Positions 1 to 6,472 of a stretch of 13,461 bases of DNA are shown in pieces (the stretch's first letter is position 1; every line of letters starts with the position of its first letter). This DNA comes from Floccifex sp. GTDB taxonomy: Bacteria > Bacillota_I > Bacilli_A > Erysipelotrichales > Erysipelotrichaceae. A program made the position numbers and the translations under genes. The DNA lies in the NCBI RefSeq assembly GCF_051873555.1, contig NZ_JBJEEY010000050.1:1-13461 (forward strand), read 5' to 3'. The notes beneath the pieces were generated by a model. The model saw only the letters and a program-made list of their open reading frames with translations, was not told the origin of the DNA and ran no database searches.

Positions 1-14
1 TAAAGGACATACAT

Positions 15-908
15 TTACTTATAGAAATCAGAAAGCATTTCAACGCATTTACGTTTTAATTCCATTTGTGGATGAACATAAATATTCATTGTTATTGATA
101 CATTAGAGTGTCCAAGTAATTCGCTTAATGATTTATAATCGCATCCACATTCAATACAACGTGTTGCAAATGTGTGTCTAAGTGCATGGAATGTCAAATG
201 TGGCAATTCAAGTTGTTTAAGTAATTTGTTATAGTAAAGCCTATACTTATTTGGTTCTATGTGTTTATCTCTGTTGGTTAATATGTAATGGTCATCTTGA
301 CCTTGTAATAAATTGGCATATTGCATTATCCATGAATTTAATGGAATGGTACGTAAGCTAGAACGTGTCTTTGGTGGTGTTATATTCAACTTTGATCCGT
401 CTTCTTTTGTATATGTACGAATCATTGTTTTATTAATATTTAAAAGTTTTGAAGAAAGGTTTATGTCACTCCATTTAAGAGCACATAATTCTCCAATTCT
501 AATTCCAGTATGTATGCATAATAAAATGCCAAAATTTTTATGATTTATATTTGACTGGAGGTAATTGATTAATGTTATTTGATTATCCTTATCAAAAATT
601 TCGACCTCCTTAGGGTTTTCGTATGGAAGTACTATTTTAAAATTATGATTGATTGTCAGTTTAAGAACAGTAATTATGTCTTTTGCATATTTATGTGATA
701 TGCCACCTTTTTTATCTACTCTTCCATGATCAATCTGATTTAAAATAAAATTTTGAAGAATTTCTTCATTTAATTTATCCATTTCATAATTCCCAATGTT
801 TGGAATAATTTGATTATGGATGATGTTAAAATAATTTGTATATGTTGAATATTTCAAATATATTTTTTGATTGTTTAACCAATCTTTTAAATATTGTTTA
901 TATAGCAT
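15..908 (-). CDS. Tyrosine site-specific recombinase/integrase (short, XerC/D-like, 297 aa)
   Basis: The ORF is complete. A strong SD (AAGGAGG, reverse complement of 913-919) lies 7 nt upstream of the ATG. Canonical catalytic motifs are visible: GIRIGEL (Arg I), HALRHTF (His-x-x-Arg), LGHSNVSIT (His II) and NIYVH (Tyr). No AP2-like arm-binding N-terminal domain is present. Confidence 0.9.
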   Translation of the reverse strand: MLYKQYLKDWLNNQKIYLKYSTYTNYFNIIHNQIIPNIGNYEMDKLNEEILQNFILNQIDHGRVDKKGGISHKYAKDIITVLKLTINHNFKIVLPYENPKEVEIFDKDNQITLINYLQSNINHKNFGILLCIHTGIRIGELCALKWSDINLSSKLLNINKTMIRTYTKEDGSKLNITPPKTRSSLRTIPLNSWIMQYANLLQGQDDHYILTNRDKHIEPNKYRLYYNKLLKQLELPHLTFHALRHTFATRCIECGCDYKSLSELLGHSNVSITMNIYVHPQMELKRKCVEMLSDFYK

Positions 909-953
909 AAGGTTTCCTCCTTGTGCTTTTTATTTTATCTAAAGGAGAAAAAA

Positions 954-1637
954 ATGGAAAATGAAGTATTAATCACAGATATATCTAAAGATATAAATAT
1001 TGGTTCAATAACAATTAGTCTTGTAAATGAATGCATTCAAATGATTAATGATTTGCTAAATATCACTTTTTTATTTGACGGTGATATTAGCGATTTATAT
1101 TCAAATTTTAATGATACTGAAGAAATTATTTATGGAGATGAAACATATAGTGGTTTTACTATTATCAAAGAATTTGGATTTAAATACGATAATGAGAACA
1201 AAAAAATTTATAGAGTAGTTCTTGTACAGCCAGAAAAAGAATATGAATTACCAAATGATATTTTATATGCGATTGATTTTGCGGTTGAAAATATGGACGA
1301 TGAACAGGCTTTAAATTGTTTTTCTATTTTCCCTTTATGGGAAGAAGGTATTACATATTCTGAAGGAAATAGAGTCCAATACAATGACAAATTATATAAA
1401 GTTTTACAAAATCATATTTCTCAAAACGATTGGACTCCTGATACAGCTTCTTCATTATTCGTTGAAATTTCAGATCCAAATATAGAATATCCTGAATTCG
1501 TTCAGCCAACTGGTTCACATGATGCTTATAGTCAAGGTTCAAAGATTACATTTGAAGGTATTAAGTATGTTTCTTTGATTGACAACAATGTTTGGTCTCC
1601 GATTTCATATCCTAGTGGATGGGAAGAAGTAGTTTAA
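954..1637 (+). CDS. Lysis-module-associated protein with two C-terminal CBM5/12-like (ChtBD3-type) carbohydrate-binding repeats (227 aa)
   Basis: The ATG at 954 is preceded by AAAGGAG (941-947) and is preferred over the TTG at 921 in the track. The two repeats are WEEGITYSEGNRVQYNDKLYKVLQNHISQNDWTPD and AYSQGSKITFEGIKYVSLIDNNVWSPISYPSGWEEV. Both fit the W/Y-x-G-x-V/I-x-Y/F-x-G-x-x-Y...W-x-P aromatic pattern of CBM5/12. The N-terminal half was not recognised. Confidence 0.6.
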   Translation: MENEVLITDISKDINIGSITISLVNECIQMINDLLNITFLFDGDISDLYSNFNDTEEIIYGDETYSGFTIIKEFGFKYDNENKKIYRVVLVQPEKEYELPNDILYAIDFAVENMDDEQALNCFSIFPLWEEGITYSEGNRVQYNDKLYKVLQNHISQNDWTPDTASSLFVEISDPNIEYPEFVQPTGSHDAYSQGSKITFEGIKYVSLIDNNVWSPISYPSGWEEVV

Positions 1638-1654
1638 AAGAAAGTAGGTTTATT

Positions 1655-2113
1655 ATGAAAAACAATATTTTTGATTTTGTTGACTCTTACAACACAGTTG
1701 TAGGAGCAATCATTGCTTTTTTAACAATGATTTTTGGTGAACACTGGTATTTATTTGCTTTGTTTTTATTATTGAATGTAATTGATTGGTTGACTGGATG
1801 GATGAAATCAAACATTAATCACAAGACAAATTCAAACAAAGGATGGACTGGCGTTCTAAAGAAATTAGGATACTGGATCATGATCATTTTTGCTTTTGCG
1901 ATTGCAGCAGGCTTAATTGAAATTGGAAATACAATCGGAGTTGATTTGGGTATCACAACTATTTTAGGATGGTTCGTACTTGCGTCATTAATTGTAAATG
2001 AAGCCAGATCCATTGTAGAAAACTTTGTTGAAGCTGGTTATGATGTACCTAAAATTTTGACAAACGGATTAGAAATTGCGGATAAGATGATTAATAAAGA
2101 CAATGTGGAGTAA
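1655..2113 (+). CDS. Holin, Phage_holin_4_1 (TcdE / toxin-secretion holin-like) family (152 aa)
   Basis: Three to four hydrophobic helices are present: AIIAFLTMIF, YLFALFLLLNVIDWLTGW, LGYWIMIIFAFAIAAGLI and ILGWFVLASLIV. The family-typical NEARSIVEN..G motif follows. The gene lies immediately upstream of a peptidoglycan hydrolase. A second in-frame ATG at 1619 would add 12 positively charged residues. Confidence 0.8.
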   Translation: MKNNIFDFVDSYNTVVGAIIAFLTMIFGEHWYLFALFLLLNVIDWLTGWMKSNINHKTNSNKGWTGVLKKLGYWIMIIFAFAIAAGLIEIGNTIGVDLGITTILGWFVLASLIVNEARSIVENFVEAGYDVPKILTNGLEIADKMINKDNVE

Positions 2114-2177
2114 ATGTATGGCATGTAAGACAAAGAAAAAAGGCGGGAAAAAAGGTAAGTAGAAAAGAGGTTACGAA

Positions 2178-3083
2178 ATGAAACCGAATACTAAATATTT
2201 AGATGAAAATGGCTATGAATTTTTTATGATGCCATTTTCCAAAATGAATATCACTCAGGGATCAAATACATGGAGCCACAGTGGTGTCATGGCGATTGAT
2301 GTAACCAATGGTGATGGTTCAAAGGCTCCATATTATTCACCATGTACATGTAAGTGTATCGCTACCTATCCACAGAGTGGCCAGGCAGTATGGGTATCGA
2401 CTAATAAGGTACATTTTGCCAATGGTAATATCAATTATGTTGTATTTGTTACAGCACATGATGAGTCATTCAATGCCTATGTTGGCATGACAATTCCACA
2501 GGGAAGTCAGATTGCCAATATGGGTAATAAAGGTGTTGGAACTGGAACGCATGCTCATTTTCAGGTTGGTGTAGGATATCCAAACACATGGGGCATTGTT
2601 AAAGGATACTTCACATTGAGTGGTGTTAGATACCCTGTTTATGGGTTCCAATACGAACCATACGATATTGACGACTTATGTTTTATCAATGACACGACTA
2701 TCATAGGCGGAAGTGGAAACTGGAAAAAATGTACTCCAGTATCAAATGTGAATCAAGCACCATCTGTTCCAACATCATCTGAAGAAATTGATCAGATTCT
2801 GCATGTCGGAAGCTATGTAACTTCTGGTCCAATGAAAATTGGTAATCAAGGTCTTAAAACTATTAATGGAAGTTTATGTTGTTATCTTGCTGAAATAGGA
2901 GGATGGTTTCCAATTGAATATGTATCGGAATATGATGCCAGTGATGGCAAAAAGGATAACTACCTTGCCAACACCAATGCTAGAGTATATATCGACAGAG
3001 TCAGAGTCGATTCTATCAAAAATGGACTGGCACAGATCCATGGTATATGGGTAAAGGCCGGGCCACTTGTAGAGGTTAAATAA
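2178..3083 (+). CDS. Endolysin: LAS-superfamily Zn metallopeptidase (M23-like) with a C-terminal putative cell-wall-binding domain (301 aa)
   Basis: An SD (AAGAGG) lies 8 nt upstream. The motifs SHSGVMAID (His...Asp) and GNKGVGTGTHAHFQVG (HxH) match the metal-binding signature of M23/LAS peptidases. A Ser/Pro-rich linker (APSVPTSSEE) is followed by about 95 aa that look like an SH3b-like binding module; that part is inferred only. The position directly after a holin supports the call. Confidence 0.75.
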   Translation: MKPNTKYLDENGYEFFMMPFSKMNITQGSNTWSHSGVMAIDVTNGDGSKAPYYSPCTCKCIATYPQSGQAVWVSTNKVHFANGNINYVVFVTAHDESFNAYVGMTIPQGSQIANMGNKGVGTGTHAHFQVGVGYPNTWGIVKGYFTLSGVRYPVYGFQYEPYDIDDLCFINDTTIIGGSGNWKKCTPVSNVNQAPSVPTSSEEIDQILHVGSYVTSGPMKIGNQGLKTINGSLCCYLAEIGGWFPIEYVSEYDASDGKKDNYLANTNARVYIDRVRVDSIKNGLAQIHGIWVKAGPLVEVK

Positions 3084-3415
3084 TGACTAAAATTGAAGGA
3101 ACTACGATATCAATAACTAGAGGAGATACATTAAATGTTTCCATTAATCTAACATATCAAGATGGAAGTCAGTATGTAAAACATGAAGGTGATACAATAC
3201 GATTTGCAATGAAAAAAAATTATACTGATGATGTATGCATACTTAAAAAGGATATTCCAGTTGATACAATGGTTTTGAGACTTGAATCAGAAGAAACAAA
3301 AAACTTAGAAATGGGAACTACATATGTATACGATATTCAATTGACTATGTACGATGGTACAGTTAATACTTTCATTGATAAAGGGAAATTAAAAATTACA
3401 GAAGAAGTGGACTAA
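3083..3415 (+). CDS. Small phage structural-like protein, beta-rich (110 aa); function unknown
   Basis: The start is coupled to the endolysin stop (TAATG), with AGAGG upstream. The pattern ISITRGDT...GDTIRFAMKK...ESEETKNLEMGTTYVYDIQL resembles small Ig-like tail or baseplate accessory proteins from Firmicutes phages. This is a recollection, not a search result. Confidence 0.45.
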   Translation: MTKIEGTTISITRGDTLNVSINLTYQDGSQYVKHEGDTIRFAMKKNYTDDVCILKKDIPVDTMVLRLESEETKNLEMGTTYVYDIQLTMYDGTVNTFIDKGKLKITEEVD

Positions 3416-3777
3416 TGAATATAAATAATAATCTAAAAGTTAAAATAAATGATGAAAATAAAATTGAATCAAGTATATCGAATTGTTATTTAGGATGTAT
3501 TTTGAATAATGAATATATCCAATGTGAATTAAGAACTGATGATATTATTGATGTATCAATTATATCTAATAAAATGGATTCATCATTATCAATAGGACAA
3601 TCTGATTTTGATATTTATAAAGGGGATACAATTGTATCTCCTAAAGCATTTGAAAACCAGATACTTAATACTAAATCAAAACTTTTAAAAGAAGATATTA
3701 CGGTTCTTAAAGTTCCTTATTATGAAGTGTCAAATAATAATGGAAATACTGTGTATATTGCTAGTGAGGTGATATGA
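3415..3777 (+). CDS. Hypothetical protein carrying the fibre C-terminal module (120 aa)
   Basis: Start and stop are both translationally coupled (TAATG at 3413-3417; ATGA at 3774-3777). The C-terminus, SPKAFENQILNTKSKLLKEDITVLKVPYYEVSNNNGNTVYI, aligns by eye with the C-terminus of the next ORF. Confidence 0.5.
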   Translation: MNINNNLKVKINDENKIESSISNCYLGCILNNEYIQCELRTDDIIDVSIISNKMDSSLSIGQSDFDIYKGDTIVSPKAFENQILNTKSKLLKEDITVLKVPYYEVSNNNGNTVYIASEVI

Positions 3778-4346
3778 TGGCGATAAATAAAATTATATAT
3801 GGAGGCAACACACTTATTGACCTTACATCTGATACAGCTGATGAGTCAACTGTTATTAAGGGTGCAACTTTCCATAAATCAGATGGAACAAAGTCAACTG
3901 GTACATGCACATATGATTCAGATACAAGCGATGCAACTGTACAGGTTGCAGAAATGTTAATCAATAAAACGGCTTATGCACGTGGCTCTAAAATGACTGG
4001 TACAATGCCTAATAATGGGGCAATTACTGGAGAAATATCGAATCTTAATGATTACACAATTCCACAAGGATATCACGATGGAAGCGGAACAGTTGGGATT
4101 TCAATTTCAGATAAAAGTAAACTTATTGCTGGAAACATTAAAAGTGGAATAACAATATTAGGTGTAGAAGGTTCTTATACTGGATCGTCAATTAATTCGC
4201 AATCTAAAACAGTAACTCCATCTACTTTATCACAGACAATTCAACCAGATAGCGGGTATGATTACTTATCCAGTGTTACGGTAAATCCAATTCCTTATTC
4301 TGAATCAGCAAATTCTGCTGGTGGAACGACTGTTACGATTGGGTAA
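3774..4346 (+). CDS. Phage tail-fibre / receptor-binding-like protein, paralog A (190 aa)
   Basis: The N-terminal module NKIIYGGNTLIDLTSDT...G.TFH..DG....GT is shared with ORF 4352-4834. The internal motif LIAGNIKSGITILGVEGSY and the C-terminal VTPSTLSQTIQPDSGYDYLSSVTVNPIPYSESANSAGGTTVTIG are typical of Firmicutes prophage fibre-like proteins. There is no signal peptide. Confidence 0.55.
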   Translation: MMAINKIIYGGNTLIDLTSDTADESTVIKGATFHKSDGTKSTGTCTYDSDTSDATVQVAEMLINKTAYARGSKMTGTMPNNGAITGEISNLNDYTIPQGYHDGSGTVGISISDKSKLIAGNIKSGITILGVEGSYTGSSINSQSKTVTPSTLSQTIQPDSGYDYLSSVTVNPIPYSESANSAGGTTVTIG

Positions 4347-4351
4347 ATAAA

Positions 4352-4834
4352 ATGAGTGTAAATAAAGTTATATATGGTACTGATGTACTAATTGATTTAA
4401 CAAGTGATACAGTAACACCTAATGCATTATTAAACGGGTTCACCGCCCATGATAAAAGTGGAAATATTATTAATGGAACATTGGAACAGAGTGGTGTAAG
4501 TTCAAAGAATGTACAATTTTATAAAGGTATAGGATACGTAAGAGCAACATCATATACATCAACTGATGTATCTATTACGGTTGAAAAAAGTGGAACATAC
4601 AACATTAGTTGGATAGGATTCAGGCAAAGCACAGGCGGGACAAATGGCTCGCAATTGTATATAAATGGTTCGGCTTATGGAAGTTCCAATACTTCATTTA
4701 CAAGTTCATATTCTCAATCTAATACATTATCAAATGTTTCATTAAATGAAGGGGATGTTATTGTCGTACGTGCTAGATCAAGAAGTACAAGTTATTACAT
4801 GTTTGTAGGTGGTCTTATTATAGAAGAGGTTTAA
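4352..4834 (+). CDS. Phage tail-fibre / receptor-binding-like protein, paralog B with a divergent Ser/Thr/Gly-rich C-terminal domain (160 aa)
   Basis: The N-terminus NKVIYGTDVLIDLTSDTVTPNALLNGFTAHDKSGNIINGT is about 50% identical to paralog A. An 18-nt DNA stretch (AAATAAAGTTATATATGG) differs from A by only 1 nt. The C-terminus is unrelated to A. Confidence 0.55.
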   Translation: MSVNKVIYGTDVLIDLTSDTVTPNALLNGFTAHDKSGNIINGTLEQSGVSSKNVQFYKGIGYVRATSYTSTDVSITVEKSGTYNISWIGFRQSTGGTNGSQLYINGSAYGSSNTSFTSSYSQSNTLSNVSLNEGDVIVVRARSRSTSYYMFVGGLIIEEV

Positions 4835-4990
4835 ATGATTGAATTTGATATTATTTTTGAAAAACATTGCAAAAACTGCATACATAATGAATTTGATCAT
4901 TGGTGTAATGTATATGATTGCAATCCGTTTAAAGCACTATCTATTTGTAAAACTTTCAATTTTGAGTTAGAAAAAGAGAAAGAAGATTAA
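4835..4990 (+). CDS. Small Cys-rich protein (51 aa), putative Zn-ribbon
   Basis: This ORF is not in the supplied track because it is under 60 aa. The ATG lies immediately after the stop of the preceding gene (TAAATG), with GAAGAGG 5 nt upstream. The protein is MIEFDIIFEKHCKNCIHNEFDHWCNVYDCNPFKALSICKTFNFELEKEKED, carrying C-x2-C-x8-C-x4-C. The operon terminator follows directly. Confidence 0.45.
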   Translation: MIEFDIIFEKHCKNCIHNEFDHWCNVYDCNPFKALSICKTFNFELEKEKED

Positions 4991-5005
4991 AATTTATTTT
5001 GACAT

Positions 5006-5040
5006 AATGCCGGCTATAAAAGCTGGCATTTTTTTTATTT
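5006..5040 (+). terminator. Rho-independent terminator of the lysis/fibre operon
   Basis: A 10-bp stem pairs AATGCCGGCT (5006-5015) with AGCTGGCATT (5021-5030), including one G-U pair, around a 5-nt loop. It is followed by TTTTTTATTTT. Confidence 0.8.
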
Positions 5041-5043
5041 TAT

Positions 5044-5097
5044 AATTCATAAAAAATTCATAATATTTACATAAAATTAAAAAAAGTAACATAAAAT
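5044..5097. repeat. Phased short direct repeats: AATTCATAA x2 (5044-5052, 5055-5063; 11-bp period) and ACATAAAAT x2 (5069-5077, 5089-5097; 20-bp period)
   Basis: Read directly from the sequence. The repeats sit in the ORF-free spacer between the two modules. Confidence 0.5.
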
Positions 5098-5194
5098 AAT
5101 ATCATTTATGTACTGTTTTCATACATTTTTAATTAAAAATTATATGAAAAAGCTTTGTGAATATTTCTCCTCACCTCCACCAAGTAAAAAATAA

Positions 5195-5239
5195 AAGTGT
5201 CAAAAATGCTTTAAATAAAGCAAATTTGGCACTTTTTTT
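5195..5239. terminator. Imperfect hairpin plus T-run (possible secondary or bidirectional terminator)
   Basis: AAGTGTCAAAAATGC (5195-5209) pairs with GCAAATTTGGCACTT (5220-5234), with two A-A mismatches and one G-U pair. TTTTTTT follows on the plus strand, and T-rich sequence follows on the minus strand. Confidence 0.3.
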
Positions 5240-5257
5240 GATTTTAAAATTATCGTC

Positions 5258-5278
5258 TGACTAACAATTTGACTAACA
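5258..5278. repeat. Direct repeat TGACTAACA x2 (5258-5266, 5270-5278; 12-bp period)
   Basis: Read directly. It lies about 50 bp downstream of the 3' end of the XRE gene, near a presumed element boundary. Confidence 0.5.
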
Positions 5279-5310
5279 TTTTGAAAAAAATGAAGATTTT
5301 AGACCTCAAA

Positions 5311-5342
5311 AGCAATAAAAAATAGGCATTATTTAATGCCTA
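5311..5342 (-). terminator. Rho-independent terminator of the XRE regulator gene
   Basis: An 8-bp perfect stem pairs TAGGCATT (5323-5330) with AATGCCTA (5335-5342) around a 4-nt loop. TTTTTTATTGC follows on the minus strand (A-run 5317-5322 on plus). The stop codon lies inside the hairpin. Confidence 0.7.
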
Positions 5343-6351
5343 AATTACTACGAGCAATATCTAATTGTTCTTCAATCTTTTCCTTATATTTTTCTAAATC
5401 AAGAATGAATGAATCCATTTCACCATTTAACATATCTAATAGTGGTTTAACAGCTATTTCGAACAAATCATCGTTTATATTTCGTAATCCATTCATAATT
5501 CTATTTTTATATGAAACATCTAATAAATCTGGATATAGATCATTTTGATATATTTCAATAGCTTGTTTGATGTATTCTAATGAACTGTTCATATGGTGTA
5601 TTGGAATTGCCAAATAGCTTAATTGCAACAAATCCACAACCTTTTCCTTGTATTTACACAATTCTTTAAAGTCATTTTTATTTAAATCATTTAATACTTT
5701 GCTTTTATATGAAATTGTAACCGCAACAGCATCTGTAAATCCTTCTTTATATGATTTCCAATCACTAGCAGGAATAATACGATCACCATTTAATGAATCA
5801 AAGATATGGTTACGAATATCAAGCTGATTGATATTTTTTATGCCAATTTCATAAAATATCATTTCTAATTCATCAAGAGGTGTACCAATTAACTGAGTGT
5901 TTTGATCTGCAGAAGTGATATTTTTCAATCTTGGACCTTCTTGAGCTTCTCTCACAACATCATAAATTTGGAGAGCCATATTTACCTTTGTATCAGTATT
6001 GCTTTTTTCAAAAGTGAAATTAGCAGCCTTGATAGCAGACTTAAAACTTTGATTTAGATTATGTTCTTCAATTTTAGTTCCAGCTAAGTCAGACAATGAT
6101 TCTATTAGATTAACCGCATTCCCTTTGGAATCAAAGGGTTCACCAGTAAAGTATTCTACCGGCAAATCAAAATAATCTGCAATTTTTTGAATTGTAGCCT
6201 TTGATGGGGTTAATTTTCCAGATATATATTGCTGTACTGTAACTCGATTTAATTCTATTTCTTTAGAGAATTGAGTAACTGTAAGGTTATTATCAGCAAT
6301 TATTTTTTTTAATGCATCACCATTGAATTGGGTGTTCTTATAACTTGCCAT
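5329..6351 (-). CDS. XRE-family HTH transcriptional regulator with a large uncharacterised alpha-helical C-terminal domain (340 aa)
   Basis: The N-terminus LKKIIADNNLTVTQFSKEIELNRVTVQQYISGKLTPSKATIQKIADYFDLPVEYF is a classic Cro/C1 (HTH_3) domain. The remaining roughly 270 aa have no motif I recognise, including no HExxH. The gene is divergent from the operator-controlled promoter. Confidence 0.85.
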   Translation of the reverse strand: MASYKNTQFNGDALKKIIADNNLTVTQFSKEIELNRVTVQQYISGKLTPSKATIQKIADYFDLPVEYFTGEPFDSKGNAVNLIESLSDLAGTKIEEHNLNQSFKSAIKAANFTFEKSNTDTKVNMALQIYDVVREAQEGPRLKNITSADQNTQLIGTPLDELEMIFYEIGIKNINQLDIRNHIFDSLNGDRIIPASDWKSYKEGFTDAVAVTISYKSKVLNDLNKNDFKELCKYKEKVVDLLQLSYLAIPIHHMNSSLEYIKQAIEIYQNDLYPDLLDVSYKNRIMNGLRNINDDLFEIAVKPLLDMLNGEMDSFILDLEKYKEKIEEQLDIARSNLGIK

Positions 6352-6363
6352 GCTCTAATTATA
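6352..6363 (-). promoter_or_regulatory. Candidate -10 box (TATAAT, reverse complement of 6358-6363) placed 6 nt upstream of the XRE start codon; possible leaderless mRNA
   Basis: The minus strand reads ...CATG TATAAT TAGAGC ATG. No Shine-Dalgarno lies upstream of this ATG, whereas almost every other gene in the window has one. No good -35 box was found. Confidence 0.35.
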
Positions 6364-6405
6364 CATGATTTTAATACATATGTTTTAAAAAAGTATTATT
6401 TTAAT

Positions 6406-6434
6406 TTGACAAGCCCTACAAAACACCCTACAAT
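6406..6434 (+). promoter_or_regulatory. Near-consensus sigma-A promoter for the Xis-like/Rep/Int operon
   Basis: TTGACA (6406-6411), an exact 17-nt spacer, then TACAAT (6429-6434). A strong SD (AAGGAGG, 6458-6464) and the ATG at 6473 lie downstream. Confidence 0.7.
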
Positions 6435-6456
6435 ATGTGTAGGGAAAAATGTAGTG
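6414..6456. promoter_or_regulatory. Operator array: four 7-bp half-sites at an exact 12-bp spacing, forming a nested dyad
   Basis: The half-sites are CCCTACA (6414-6420), CCCTACA (6426-6432), TGTAGGG (6438-6444) and TGTAGTG (6450-6456). All are symmetric about position 6435. The array overlaps the promoter spacer, the -10 box and the expected transcription start. Confidence 0.6.
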
Positions 6457-6472
6457 TAAGGAGGTATTGTTT

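Larger units (their letters stand above)
909..5040 (+). mobile_element. Prophage-derived lysis plus fibre-like operon; a module of uncertain origin with approximate boundaries
   Basis: Nine co-directional ORFs are tightly packed, with TAATG/ATGA-type stop-start overlaps at 3081-3085, 3413-3417 and 3774-3777. The holin and endolysin motifs are phage-typical. The operon ends at a strong intrinsic terminator (5006-5040). Confidence 0.5.

Noticed and set aside
2118-2162. A 14-codon Lys/Gly-rich mini-ORF (MACKTKKKGGKKGK) and two AAAAAAG slippery-like heptamers in the holin-endolysin spacer.
   Set aside because: The ORF has no SD. The A/G-rich run is more simply the purine-rich ribosome-binding region of the endolysin. 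There is no downstream overlapping frame that a frameshift could access.
3774-4834. A diversity-generating retroelement (DGR) targeting the variable C-termini of the fibre-like paralogs.
   Set aside because: No reverse transcriptase gene is present in the window, and I found no template-repeat copy of either C-terminal coding region nearby.
5041-5328. A search for an arbitrium/RNPP-type pre-peptide gene downstream of the large XRE regulator.
   Set aside because: Only 6-16-codon ORFs exist here (for example MLVKLLVRR at 5250-5279 on the minus strand and MKKLCEYFSSPPPSKK at 5144-5194 on the plus strand). None has an SD or a signal-peptide-like N-terminus, and the regulator gene ends in its own terminator.
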